DNA from: an uncultured Pelagibacteraceae bacterium
Lineage (GTDB): Bacteria; Pseudomonadota; Alphaproteobacteria; Pelagibacterales; AG-422-B15
DNA length: 64,000 nt
NCBI GenBank assembly: GCA_902589175.1
Contig: CACIRX010000001.1
Location: forward strand, 186,938-250,937
Direction: 5' to 3'
Shown: in pieces, positions 8,947 to 19,528 of the stretch
Numbering within the stretch: position 1 is the first letter of the stretch
Layout: each line of letters opens with the position of its first letter
Translations under genes and position numbers: made by a program
The notes under the pieces: generated by a model
Told to the model about the DNA's origin: nothing
Databases searched by the model: none
Seen by the model: the letters and a program-made list of their open reading frames with translations, nothing else

Positions 8947-9202
8947 AGTGGGAGACTTCTGTTGCCCGGTGTCTCCCGAACCGCGCTTACCTAATTAGAT
9001 TAAGCAGCGAGCGCTAATTCATCGTTAGCATTTATAAAATAGCCCGATAACGGTGGTACAATACCGAGAGAAAAACTTACCTTTAAGCATTCGTCGATCC
9101 TATATCACCCCCCAATTTATGGTGGAGGTGCCGGGTACCGCCCCCGGGTCCGTAATGGGTATTACGCAAGCCGTTTATCCCTATAGCTGGGATATCCCCA
9201 GC
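8947..9202 (-). ncRNA. ssrA: Two-piece (circularly permuted) tmRNA; tag ANDELALAA
   Basis: Acceptor piece ends ...CACCUCCACCA at 9120. Coding piece starts GGGGGUG at 9112 (7-bp acceptor stem with G3.U70). Tag ORF GCT AAC GAT GAA TTA GCG CTC GCT GCT TAA at 9029-9000, preceded by ATAAAT. 3' hairpin GGGAGAC/GTCTCCC contains GGCAACAGAA. Outer ends approximate. Confidence 0.95.
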
Positions 9203-9208
9203 AATCTG

Positions 9209-9237
9209 AATATAGTTGGATATTGAGACTTTTTAAA
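9209..9237 (-). promoter_or_regulatory. Putative sigma70 promoter of ssrA
   Basis: TTTAAA-N17-TATATT on the minus strand directly upstream of the acceptor piece. Confidence 0.55.
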
Positions 9238-9283
9238 GAGAGTAATCTTAATATAGTATGTGTTTATTATTTGATTCAAAAAA

Positions 9284-10219
9284 ATGCCGGTAAACAAAGA
9301 ACAACTTGATGAAATTGAAGCCTTAAGGTCTGAAATATCAGAAACAGCTCGTGTTACAGCCCCTGAGTTAGAAGCAGTTTTGTACAGGCCAATAGAAGTG
9401 CTCGATCATGGCTTTATTCGTGTCATTGATTATATGGGGGATGACAGTTCAATAGTGCAGTCGGCAAGAGTATCATATGGTAAAGGCACAAAGAAGATTT
9501 CAAATGACAAAGGGCTTATTAAATATTTAATGAGGCACCGTCATTCAACCCCTTTTGAAATGTGTGAAATTAAATTTCATATTAAACTTCCAATTTTCAT
9601 TGCTCGACAATGGATACGACACAGAACGGCAAACGTTAATGAGTACTCGGCTCGCTACTCAATTCTTGATAAAGAGTTTTATATTCCATCAGCAGAAAAT
9701 CTGGCAGCACAGTCTGCGATCAATAATCAGGGTAGAGGGGATGCCTTAACAGATGATGAAGCCTCTAATGTTATTCAGATACTAAAAAAGGATGCCGAGC
9801 AGACATATTCTAATTACGAAACTCTATTAAATGAGAGTTCTGAGGGCAACATAATTGATGAAAGTAAATCTGGAATTGCAAGAGAATTGGCCCGAATGAA
9901 TCTTACCCTCAATACCTATACACAATGGTACTGGAAGATTGACCTGAATAATTTATTGCACTTTCTTGCTCTAAGAGCTGACGACCATGCGCAGTATGAA
10001 ATACGTGTTTATGCGGATGCCATGTTAGATATTGTAAAAAAATGGGTTCCTCTTACTTACGAAGCATTTGAAGATTATAGAATTGGTGGGACAGAACTCT
10101 CCGCCAAAGAGGTAAATCTAATGAGAAAACTTCTAAAAGGGGAGAAAGTATCTTTTGAAGAAGAAGGTCTGTCTAAAAGAGAATGGAGCGAACTGCAAAG
10201 AAAGTTTGAAATTAGTTAG
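9284..10219 (+). CDS. thyX: Flavin-dependent thymidylate synthase
   Basis: [14 protein letters not shown] (RHRX7S) motif, HSTPFE, HAQYEIR. Confidence 0.97.
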   Translation: MPVNKEQLDEIEALRSEISETARVTAPELEAVLYRPIEVLDHGFIRVIDYMGDDSSIVQSARVSYGKGTKKISNDKGLIKYLMRHRHSTPFEMCEIKFHIKLPIFIARQWIRHRTANVNEYSARYSILDKEFYIPSAENLAAQSAINNQGRGDALTDDEASNVIQILKKDAEQTYSNYETLLNESSEGNIIDESKSGIARELARMNLTLNTYTQWYWKIDLNNLLHFLALRADDHAQYEIRVYADAMLDIVKKWVPLTYEAFEDYRIGGTELSAKEVNLMRKLLKGEKVSFEEEGLSKREWSELQRKFEIS

Positions 10220-11297
10220 TATTTGCTAATTGTTCTAATTTTAATCGTTTTAATAAATTCTCAGCCAATTCAATAAACATTTGGCTGACTTTATGATCTG
10301 GCACTAAATCTGTAAGAGGGTGACCTTTTTCGCATTGCTCAAGAAGCAATGGATCATGAGGAAGATTTGCGAGTATTTCATAATCATATTTTTCAGCAAC
10401 TTCATTTGTTTTACTTTCACCGTAAAGTTTATATTCTTTGCCTGTATCAGGTGCCAAGAAGTAACTCATGTTTTCTACAATGCCAAGAATGGGGACTTTA
10501 GTTTTTTCAAACATCTTTAAACCTCTGATTACATCAATTAAAGCAATATCTTGAGGTGTAGTAACTATTAAACTTCCAGAGATTTTTAGTTTCTGAATCA
10601 GAGACAGTTGAACATCGCCTGTGCCTGGGGGCAAATCAATGACCATAATGTCTGCAGCTCCCCAATTTACTTTATCAATCATTTCATTAATTGCTTTCAT
10701 GACCATGAGACCTCTCCAGATGATTGGATTTTCATCATTGACCATGTAACCCATAGACATTGTCGATAGTCCATATCGATTGATTGTTTCAATTTTTTGT
10801 CCATCAGAATGAGGCTTTTCATTAATCCCAATCATTTTGGGAATTGAAGGACCATAAATATCAGCATCAAGTAAACAGGTTTTTAAACCAAGTGATTTAA
10901 ACGCGCACGCAAGATTTGATGCGACTGTTGATTTACCAACTCCTCCTTTTCCTGATGCAACTGCAAGAATATATTTTATTTGATTAGTGCCAACGCTATT
11001 TGTTTTGTTATCTGAATTCACTTCATCATTTGCATGTGTTGAATTTTCCTTATGTAAAGTTGTGATGATATTAACTTTAGTTACACCTGGAATCTCTTTG
11101 AGTGCTTTTTGGGCATCCTCAAAAATTTTTTCATTTTTTTTCTGATCATTTTCTTTGAATTCAATAATACAATCTATCTTTCCCTCACTCACAGATACAT
11201 TTTTAACCATACCCATAGCAACTATGTTCTCACCTGCTTCTTCGTTAACAACTTGTCCAAGGAGGTGTAAAGCTTGATTTTCCAGAGTTTCTGCCAT
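10212..11297 (-). CDS. mrp: Mrp/ApbC Fe-S cluster carrier ATPase
   Basis: [30 protein letters not shown]. Confidence 0.93.
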   Translation of the reverse strand: MAETLENQALHLLGQVVNEEAGENIVAMGMVKNVSVSEGKIDCIIEFKENDQKKNEKIFEDAQKALKEIPGVTKVNIITTLHKENSTHANDEVNSDNKTNSVGTNQIKYILAVASGKGGVGKSTVASNLACAFKSLGLKTCLLDADIYGPSIPKMIGINEKPHSDGQKIETINRYGLSTMSMGYMVNDENPIIWRGLMVMKAINEMIDKVNWGAADIMVIDLPPGTGDVQLSLIQKLKISGSLIVTTPQDIALIDVIRGLKMFEKTKVPILGIVENMSYFLAPDTGKEYKLYGESKTNEVAEKYDYEILANLPHDPLLLEQCEKGHPLTDLVPDHKVSQMFIELAENLLKRLKLEQLANTN

Positions 11298-11403
11298 TTT
11301 TTTGATCTTGTATTTATGTAATTAATTACAATATATCATAGTATAAGTGTAAATAATTGCTTTTAAGCATTTTTACCATATATAGGTAATAATTCTAAAT
11401 TAT

Positions 11404-12477
11404 ATGTCTTGGTCTGATAATAACAATAACGATCCTTGGGGTTCTTCGGGAAATGGAAGCGGTAGACGTGGTCCAGGTCCAAATATGGATGATGTGATCC
11501 GGAATGCACAGAACCGTTTTAAAGGAATGATGCCAGGTTCTTTTTTTGGAAAGTTAGGACCAATGGTCATCATTGGTATATTAATACTTATATGGCTTGC
11601 AAGTGGTTTTTATAGGGTTTTACCGGACGAGCAGGGCGTAGTTTTACAATTTGGAAAATACACCAAAACCACACAACCTGGACTAAACTATCACTTACCA
11701 TATCCTATAGAGCGTGTATTCACACCCAAAGTAACCAAAATAAATAGAATAGATGTTGGTTACAGACAAAGTCCAGACTCTAGAGTCACTGCGATTAGAG
11801 ATGTAGAAGAAGAAAGTTTAATGTTAACTGGTGACGAAAATATTGTTGATATTGACTTTTCAGTATTCTGGTTAATCAATGATGCGGGTAAGTTTTTATT
11901 TAATGTTCAAGCTCCCGAACTTACCGTGAAAAGTGCTGCTGAGACTGCAATGAGAGAGTCTATCGGACAGGGAGGTCTTCAATCCATTCTGACAGAAGGA
12001 AGAACAGAAATAGAGGAACAAACTAGATCAATTATACAAGAAATTTTAGACGAATACGGTACAGGAATTACAATAACACAGGTACAAACTCAAAAGGCTG
12101 ACCCGCCAGCACAGGTAATTGATGCATTTAGAGATGTACAAGCTGCACGGGCTGATATGGAACGGCAAAGAAATGAAGCAGAGGCATATGCTAACGATAT
12201 AATTCCAAGAGCAAGAGGTGAGGCAGAGCAAATTCTTCAATCTGCTGAGGGTTATAGACAAAAAGTCATTGCTGACAGTGAAGGTAAAGCAGCAAGGTTC
12301 CTATCAATTCAAACAGAGTACGCAAAAGCACCACAAGTGACAAAGAAAAGAATATTTTATGAGACAATGGAAGATGTATTCTCTGATATGGACAAAGTTA
12401 TTATTGATAAAGCTGGAGGTGACTCAGTTGTCCCTTATTTACCTCTCCCCGAATTAAGCAAGAAGTCACAGGAGTAA
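11404..12477 (+). CDS. hflK: FtsH protease modulator HflK
   Basis: N-terminal W...DPWG low-complexity segment, SPFH domain, EAEAYAN. Confidence 0.96.
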   Translation: MSWSDNNNNDPWGSSGNGSGRRGPGPNMDDVIRNAQNRFKGMMPGSFFGKLGPMVIIGILILIWLASGFYRVLPDEQGVVLQFGKYTKTTQPGLNYHLPYPIERVFTPKVTKINRIDVGYRQSPDSRVTAIRDVEEESLMLTGDENIVDIDFSVFWLINDAGKFLFNVQAPELTVKSAAETAMRESIGQGGLQSILTEGRTEIEEQTRSIIQEILDEYGTGITITQVQTQKADPPAQVIDAFRDVQAARADMERQRNEAEAYANDIIPRARGEAEQILQSAEGYRQKVIADSEGKAARFLSIQTEYAKAPQVTKKRIFYETMEDVFSDMDKVIIDKAGGDSVVPYLPLPELSKKSQE

Positions 12478-12479
12478 TT

Positions 12480-13340
12480 ATGAGCACTACTAGAATATCA
12501 TTGATAGTATTAGGATTTATAGCAATAGTCGCTTATTTCACCCTGTTCACAGTACTTGAAGTAAAAAATGCAATCGTATTGCAGTTTGGTGATCCAAAAA
12601 GAGTAATTACTGAACCAGGTCTTAATTTTAAAATACCATTCATTCAAAATGTTATATTTATTGATAATCGTATTCTAGACATAGATGCACCTGCAGCTGA
12701 GGTAATCGCATCTGATCAAAAAAGACTTATTGTTGACGCTTATGTAAAATTCAAAATTGTTGATGTTTTAGAGTTTTATAAGGCATTTGGTAATGAAAAT
12801 GTTGCTAGATCAAGAATTTCTGCAGTTGTTAATTCAAGAATAAGGGGCGTTTTAGGTGAGGAACCTCTAGCCGCCGTATTATCAGATGATCGTTCGAAAC
12901 TAATGAAACAAATTACGTCATTAGCCGAAGCAGAAGTGAAGAATTTTGGAATAGAAATTGTTGATGTAAGAATTAAACGAGCTGATTTACCGGAAGCAAA
13001 TAGCCAGGCGATTTTTGGTAGAATGCAAACTGAACGTGAACGTGAAGCCAGAGAGTTCAGAGCAAGAGGTGCTGAGATGGCTCAAAAAATTCGTTCAACT
13101 GCTGATAAGGAAGTTACGATTATAAAGTCACAGGCAGAGAAAGAAGCCAACATAATTCGTGGTGAAGGCGATGGAATGGCTAATAAAATTTTTGCGGATG
13201 CATTTGGAAAAGACCCTGAATTTTTTGCTTTCTACAGAGCAATGCAAGCTTATGCTGAAGGGTTGAAAAGTTCTGATACTACTATGATCTTGTCTCCTGA
13301 AAGTGAATTCTTTCAATATTTTGGAACTTACTCTGAGTAA
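12480..13340 (+). CDS. hflC: FtsH protease modulator HflC
   Basis: SPFH domain, RMQTERERE, DPEFFAFYRAM. Confidence 0.96.
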   Translation: MSTTRISLIVLGFIAIVAYFTLFTVLEVKNAIVLQFGDPKRVITEPGLNFKIPFIQNVIFIDNRILDIDAPAAEVIASDQKRLIVDAYVKFKIVDVLEFYKAFGNENVARSRISAVVNSRIRGVLGEEPLAAVLSDDRSKLMKQITSLAEAEVKNFGIEIVDVRIKRADLPEANSQAIFGRMQTEREREAREFRARGAEMAQKIRSTADKEVTIIKSQAEKEANIIRGEGDGMANKIFADAFGKDPEFFAFYRAMQAYAEGLKSSDTTMILSPESEFFQYFGTYSE

Positions 13341-13360
13341 AATTATTTAATTTTCCTAGA

Positions 13361-13549
13361 ATGATTCAATTTATATTAGGTTCTCTTGGATTACTTTTAA
13401 TTATAGAGGGCCTTCTTTATGCCTTATTTCCAAATAGAATGAAGAATATGATTAGATCTATGTTAGAGATGAACAATGACACTCTAAAATGGGGAGGTCT
13501 AGCATCAGCAATAGTAGGATTTCTAATGTTATGGACTGCAGTCAGATGA
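13361..13549 (+). CDS. DUF2065 small membrane protein
   Basis: GLLLIIEGLLYALFP motif; conserved position after hflC. Confidence 0.88.
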   Translation: MIQFILGSLGLLLIIEGLLYALFPNRMKNMIRSMLEMNNDTLKWGGLASAIVGFLMLWTAVR

Positions 13550-14949
13550 AATTAGATATCAAAATTATACCAGTCGTCTTTTTTTTGTTTATTTGTTCTA
13601 CGTTTCAAACTTTAAGCTTTAATGGTCCTGATACCTTCTCTGATTTAGCTGAGCGAGTTTCTCCTTCAGTTGTTAACATTTCAACGACTGGTGTTATTGA
13701 AAATACAGGGCCCCAAGTTCCATCGATTGAAGATTTCTTTAATTTCCCGTTTAATATGCCTAGCCCAGAACCATCAGAAAGAGAGTTTAGTTCATTAGGT
13801 TCAGGCTTTGTAATTTCTACAGATGGCTTTATTGTTACAAATAATCATGTTGTAGAAAACGCTTCAGACATACAAGTTACTTTTACAGATGGATTAAAAT
13901 TAGAAGCCAAATTGATTGCTTCTGATGCTGAGACTGATTTAGCACTTTTGAAAGTTGATGCAAATAACCTTCCATTTCTAGAGTTTGGTGACTCAGATAC
14001 TGCAAAAGTAGGTAATTGGGTGATGGCAATCGGTAATCCACATGGATTAGGAGGTACAGTTACAGCAGGTATTGTCTCAGCAAGAGGAAGAATGCTTGGT
14101 GGAAGATATGACGACTTCATACAAACTGATGCATCAATAAATAGAGGCAATTCAGGAGGACCATTATTTGATTTAGATGGAAAAGTGATTGGAGTGAATT
14201 CAATGATCATTTCTCCAAGCGGTGGATCTATTGGAATTGGTTTTGCTATTCCATCAAATCTTGCAAATAACATTATTCAGCAACTGCAAGAAACAGGAGA
14301 AATTGAAAGAGCCTGGTTAGGCGTAAGAATTCAAGAAGTAACTGATGAAATTGCCGAGAGTTTGGGTCTTGGTAAAACTTATGGTGCCTTAGTTCAGGGT
14401 TTAACTACAGATAGCCCGGCACTTAAAGGCGGAGTTAATGAGGGTGACATCATTATTGAATTCAATGGCAAAGAAGTTGAATCTGTTCAAACGCTTCCAA
14501 AACTTGTGGCCGAGGCTGATATTGGTCAATCTACAAAGGTAGTTGTCTGGCGGGATGAAAAAGAAGTTCAGTTATTTGTAAATTTAGGAAAACAACCGTC
14601 TCTTGAGGAACTTGCCTCAATTGAAAATAATGGATCAGCTGTTTTAATAAAAGAACTAGGAATAAAAGTCAGAACCTTGACAGATGAAGATAAGTCCAGA
14701 TTGGATTTAGCTAAAACTTTACAGGGAGTAATTATATCTGAAATCAATAATGACTCTTTCCTAATACGACAAAATATTAAGAAAGACGACATTATTATTG
14801 AAATACAAAATAAATCAGTGAAAGCATCTGGGGAAGTATTACAAATAATTGATGAGGTTGTTTCTCAGGGAAAAGAAAATGTTTTAATTGTTTTTTATTC
14901 TGGCCCTAACTCTAAAAAATATATAGGCGCTAGGTTGTCTCTCGACTAA
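13546..14949 (+). CDS. degP: DegP/DegQ (HtrA) periplasmic serine protease
   Basis: TNNHVV, DLAL, NRGNSGGP, two PDZ domains; ATG 13546 overlaps the upstream stop (ATGA). Confidence 0.93.
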   Translation: MKLDIKIIPVVFFLFICSTFQTLSFNGPDTFSDLAERVSPSVVNISTTGVIENTGPQVPSIEDFFNFPFNMPSPEPSEREFSSLGSGFVISTDGFIVTNNHVVENASDIQVTFTDGLKLEAKLIASDAETDLALLKVDANNLPFLEFGDSDTAKVGNWVMAIGNPHGLGGTVTAGIVSARGRMLGGRYDDFIQTDASINRGNSGGPLFDLDGKVIGVNSMIISPSGGSIGIGFAIPSNLANNIIQQLQETGEIERAWLGVRIQEVTDEIAESLGLGKTYGALVQGLTTDSPALKGGVNEGDIIIEFNGKEVESVQTLPKLVAEADIGQSTKVVVWRDEKEVQLFVNLGKQPSLEELASIENNGSAVLIKELGIKVRTLTDEDKSRLDLAKTLQGVIISEINNDSFLIRQNIKKDDIIIEIQNKSVKASGEVLQIIDEVVSQGKENVLIVFYSGPNSKKYIGARLSLD

Positions 14950-14954
14950 ATAAA

Positions 14955-15833
14955 ATGGAAAAAAGGGACATACTGGTTATCTTTGGTCCCACAGCAAGTG
15001 GAAAGTCAAAGCTTGCAACTCAAATTGCTTCTAAACATAAATCAGCAATAATTAATTTTGATAGTCTACAGGTATACAAAGATCTAAAGATACTAACTGA
15101 TAGACCAGACAATGAGATATGTAAAAAATTTGACCATCGTCTTTATGGTATGCTTAAAGGCAATGAAAGTTGCTCAGCAGCTATTTGGCTAGAAAAAGCT
15201 GAACATGAAATTAATAATTGTTTCGATAATAAGTTGCTTCCAATTGTTGTAGGTGGAACAGGTTTGTATTTAAAGGCCTTGATGGATGGACTTTCAGAAA
15301 TTCCTTCTATAAAAAAAAATATAGAAGAACAAGCAAAGCTGGATTTAGAAACCTATGGTCTTGATCATTTATACAAAAAAATCTTAATTAAATACCAAGG
15401 CACAAAAATTAATCCTAATGATAAACAAAGAATAATGCGTAGTTATTCATTACTGCTTCAGACTGGAAAAGTTTTAGAAGAATGGCAATTTAATCCAAAC
15501 AAAAAAATTGATAATGTAAATTATAGAGTGATCCTAACTGGCAATTTACGTGAGAAGCTATATGAGTCAGCTGAGCAAAGAGTTGATAATATGTTTCATG
15601 ATGGTGCTGTCGATGAGGTTCAATCTTTAATTGAGAAAAATTATAGCGCTGAATTATCTATTATGAAGGCAATTGGAGTTCGTGAAATAACCAACTTTAT
15701 TGATGGAAAAGTCAGTTTAGATGAAGCCAAAAGCATAATGAAGAAAAACACGAGAAACTATATCAAAAGACAAGATACTTGGATAAAAGGTAATAATATT
15801 ACTCAAAATGTTGATATAAAGAAATATTTATAA
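14955..15833 (+). CDS. miaA: tRNA dimethylallyltransferase
   Basis: GPTASGKS, DSLQVY, GGTGLY, KRQDTW. Confidence 0.95.
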   Translation: MEKRDILVIFGPTASGKSKLATQIASKHKSAIINFDSLQVYKDLKILTDRPDNEICKKFDHRLYGMLKGNESCSAAIWLEKAEHEINNCFDNKLLPIVVGGTGLYLKALMDGLSEIPSIKKNIEEQAKLDLETYGLDHLYKKILIKYQGTKINPNDKQRIMRSYSLLLQTGKVLEEWQFNPNKKIDNVNYRVILTGNLREKLYESAEQRVDNMFHDGAVDEVQSLIEKNYSAELSIMKAIGVREITNFIDGKVSLDEAKSIMKKNTRNYIKRQDTWIKGNNITQNVDIKKYL

Positions 15834-15926
15834 ATTATCTATAAAATATTCTTTTCATATATTTAAAATATTTGACTTATTAAGTAAATCTCCATAAAAC
15901 GTCACTTCTTATTAGGGGTATAATTT

Positions 15927-17696
15927 ATGGTTAATATGCAAATGACTGGCGCACAAATGGTTCTTAAGGCCTTGGAAGATCAACAAGTTGATACAATATT
16001 TGGCTATCCTGGTGGCGCAGTTTTGCCAATATATGATGAATTAGCAAAAACTAAGGATACAAACCATCAAATACGCCATTTTTTAGTAAGGCATGAACAA
16101 GGTGCGTCCCATGCTGCTGAAGGGTATGCAAGGTCAAGTGGTAAAGTTGGAGTAATGTTAGTTACTTCTGGCCCTGGAGTTACTAACGCAGTGACTGGAT
16201 TAACTGATGCTATGATGGATTCAATTCCTCTTGTTTGTATTAGTGGACAAGTTCCTACACACTTAATTGGAACGGATGCATTTCAGGAATGTGATGCGGT
16301 TGGAATTACGCGTCCGTGCACAAAGCATAATTGGCTAGTAAAGGATATAAGTGATCTATCTCGAATATTACACGAAGCTTTTTATGTAGCTTCAAGCGGC
16401 AGACCTGGACCTGTTCTCGTAGATATACCCAAAGATATTCAATTCCAAACCGGAACATATATTGGGCCTGATACAGTTAAACATAAGTCCTATAGACCAA
16501 AATTAAAAGCGAACATTGATAATATTGATGATGCTCTAAAGTTAATCGCAGAATCTGAAAAGCCAATCTTTTACACTGGAGGGGGAGTGATCAATTCAGG
16601 AAATGCAGCCGTTCAACTACTAAGAGAGTTCGTTCGTCTTACTGGTTTTCCAATTACATCCACCCTTCAAGGACTTGGTGCGTTCCCAGGTGATGATACA
16701 CAGTTTGTTGGAATGCTTGGCATGCACGGTACATACGAAGCTAACATGGCGATGAATAAATGTGACCTCATGATAAATATTGGTGCACGCTTTGATGATA
16801 GAATCACTGGAAAAATTGATGAGTTTTCACCAAATTCAAAAAAAATCCATATCGATATTGATCCATCATCAATTAATAAGGTCGTCGATGTAGATGTTGC
16901 TCTTGTTGGTGACGTTGCTCATGTGCTTGAAGATGCCATTAAGCTGTGGAAATCAAAAGTTTATAAAGTTAATAAATCTCAGATTAAAGACTGGTGGAAA
17001 CAAATAGATACATGGAAAGAAGTTGATTCACTTGGGTTTAGTGAAGGTAAAAAAACAATTAAGCCGCAGTATGCAATACAAAGATTGTATGAACTGACTA
17101 AAGAAAAAGATGTCTTTGTAACCACTGAGGTTGGTCAGCATCAAATGTGGGCTGCGCAATATTATAAATTTAATAAACCTAATAGATGGATCACATCTGG
17201 AGGTTTAGGTACTATGGGCTTTGGATTGCCTGCTGCGATAGGTGCTCAAGTTGCTCATCCCGATAAACTCGTAATTGATATTGCAGGAGAAGCTTCAATA
17301 TTGATGTGTATACAAGAAATGTCGACAGCCATTCAACACAAACTGCCTGTAAAGATTTTCATTATTAATAATCAATACATGGGGATGGTAAGGCAGTGGC
17401 AAGAGCTTCTTCACGACAAAAGATACTCTCACAGCTATACAGATGCTTTACCTGATTTTGTAAAGCTTGCTGAAGCTTACGGCGCTAAGGGTATAAGGGC
17501 CCAAAGTCCAAGTGAACTTGACAAGGCAATAAATGAAATGATTGATTATGATGGCCCTGTAATATTTGACTGCGTAGTTGATGAAAATGAAAATGTTTTT
17601 CCAATGATACCATCTGGAAAGGCCCACAATGAAATGTTGCTTGGCGATGAAACAGAAAAAGAAGAGATCTCAGATGAAGGAAAAGTATTAGTATAA
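15927..17696 (+). CDS. ilvI: Acetolactate synthase large subunit
   Basis: FGYPGGAVL, RHEQGA, TSGPG, GQHQMW, GMVRQWQ. Confidence 0.95.
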   Translation: MVNMQMTGAQMVLKALEDQQVDTIFGYPGGAVLPIYDELAKTKDTNHQIRHFLVRHEQGASHAAEGYARSSGKVGVMLVTSGPGVTNAVTGLTDAMMDSIPLVCISGQVPTHLIGTDAFQECDAVGITRPCTKHNWLVKDISDLSRILHEAFYVASSGRPGPVLVDIPKDIQFQTGTYIGPDTVKHKSYRPKLKANIDNIDDALKLIAESEKPIFYTGGGVINSGNAAVQLLREFVRLTGFPITSTLQGLGAFPGDDTQFVGMLGMHGTYEANMAMNKCDLMINIGARFDDRITGKIDEFSPNSKKIHIDIDPSSINKVVDVDVALVGDVAHVLEDAIKLWKSKVYKVNKSQIKDWWKQIDTWKEVDSLGFSEGKKTIKPQYAIQRLYELTKEKDVFVTTEVGQHQMWAAQYYKFNKPNRWITSGGLGTMGFGLPAAIGAQVAHPDKLVIDIAGEASILMCIQEMSTAIQHKLPVKIFIINNQYMGMVRQWQELLHDKRYSHSYTDALPDFVKLAEAYGAKGIRAQSPSELDKAINEMIDYDGPVIFDCVVDENENVFPMIPSGKAHNEMLLGDETEKEEISDEGKVLV

Positions 17697-18202
17697 TGAG
17701 TGAATTAATTTCAAAACATACAGTATCAGTTCTTGTTGATAATGAGCCAGGTGTTCTTGCGCGAGTAATAGGTTTAATTTCAGGTAGAGGTTACAACATT
17801 GATAGTCTTACAGTTGCTGAAGTAGATGCAGAAAAACATATCTCTAGGATTACAATTGTGGCGCCAGGCACAGAAGAAACAGTAAATAAAATGATTAGCC
17901 AATTACAGAGAATTGTACCTGTAAAAAGAGCGGTAAACGTCACATTTGAGAAACAGGGTATTGAAAGGGAGATGGCCTTAGTCAAAATTGTTTCAACTGG
18001 AGAAAAAAGAGTAGAGTCAATGCGGTTATCTGATGTGTTTAGAGCCAAAGTTATAGACACAACACACGACTCTTTCGTCTTCGAATTGAATGGTTCTCCA
18101 AGAAAAATTGATGCTTTCATCGATTTAATGAAGCCATTAGGTCTCTCTGAGGTATCAAGAACTGGTGTAGTAGCTATTGCACGCGGAACAGAAAAGATGT
18201 AA
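17696..18202 (+). CDS. ilvH: Acetolactate synthase small subunit
   Basis: ACT domain NEPGVLARV...RGYNIDSL. Confidence 0.95.
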   Translation: MSELISKHTVSVLVDNEPGVLARVIGLISGRGYNIDSLTVAEVDAEKHISRITIVAPGTEETVNKMISQLQRIVPVKRAVNVTFEKQGIEREMALVKIVSTGEKRVESMRLSDVFRAKVIDTTHDSFVFELNGSPRKIDAFIDLMKPLGLSEVSRTGVVAIARGTEKM

Positions 18203-19231
<1,029 letters not shown>

Positions 19232-19300
19232 CTCATCAATTCTTCAGTTCAGTAATTTCCTTGATTTATGCCTGAAAATTAGGTTTTTTTACTAATACGT

Positions 19301-19326
19301 TGAAAATTAACGAATTTTCATATAAT
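19301..19326 (+). promoter_or_regulatory. Palindrome TGAAAATT-N4-AATTTTCA abutting a TATAAT -10 box upstream of leuA
   Basis: Perfect 8-bp inverted repeat at 19301-19320, TATAAT at 19321-19326, extra half-site TGAAAATT at 19273. Confidence 0.45.
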
Positions 19327-19407
19327 TATCAAAATATCTCAAACAATTAGAAAGTGCAATAAAACAGAGTGGTAAAATTGAATAAAAATTTTGAAAATCA
19401 ATTAACT

Positions 19408-19470
19408 GTGAATAGCACTTCTCAATCTCTATTGCTGTTAAATCTGCTTAGCAGCCCCTGGGTAATATAA
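19408..19470 (+). CDS. Putative leuA leader peptide (MNSTSQSLLLLNLLSSPWVI)
   Basis: Six Leu codons within seven positions (CTA TTG CTG TTA AAT CTG CTT); overlaps a GC hairpin; alternative in-frame starts at 19369 and 19378. Confidence 0.7.
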   Translation: MNSTSQSLLLLNLLSSPWVI

Positions 19471-19495
19471 CATTACTGCAGGGGGTACTTAATTT
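19455..19495 (+). promoter_or_regulatory. Attenuator-like hairpin of the leuA leader
   Basis: CCCCTG-GGTAAT...ATTACT-g-CAGGGG followed by a weak T-rich tail. Confidence 0.55.
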
Positions 19496-19528
19496 AAACA
19501 CAATTTAATTTTATTAAGAGGATGAGAG

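Larger units (their letters stand above)
6647..8962. mobile_element. tmRNA-anchored array of three small cassettes bounded by att-like direct repeats; no integrase in the window
   Basis: Four identical 16-mers at 6647, 7792, 8409 and 8947 (spacings 1145, 617, 538 bp), with accessory genes between them. Confidence 0.75.

Noticed and set aside
6647-8962. CRISPR array interpretation of the 16-bp repeats
   Set aside because: Spacings are 538-1145 bp and contain whole genes, there are no cas genes, and the repeat equals the tmRNA end.
9108-9152. tRNA gene (CCA end, T-arm-like stem)
   Set aside because: The 3' half precedes the 5' half, there is no anticodon arm, and a tag ORF follows. It is the permuted tmRNA.
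15834-15926. Attenuator upstream of ilvI
   Set aside because: No Ile/Leu/Val-rich leader ORF or terminator hairpin is visible; only a promoter-like TTGACT.
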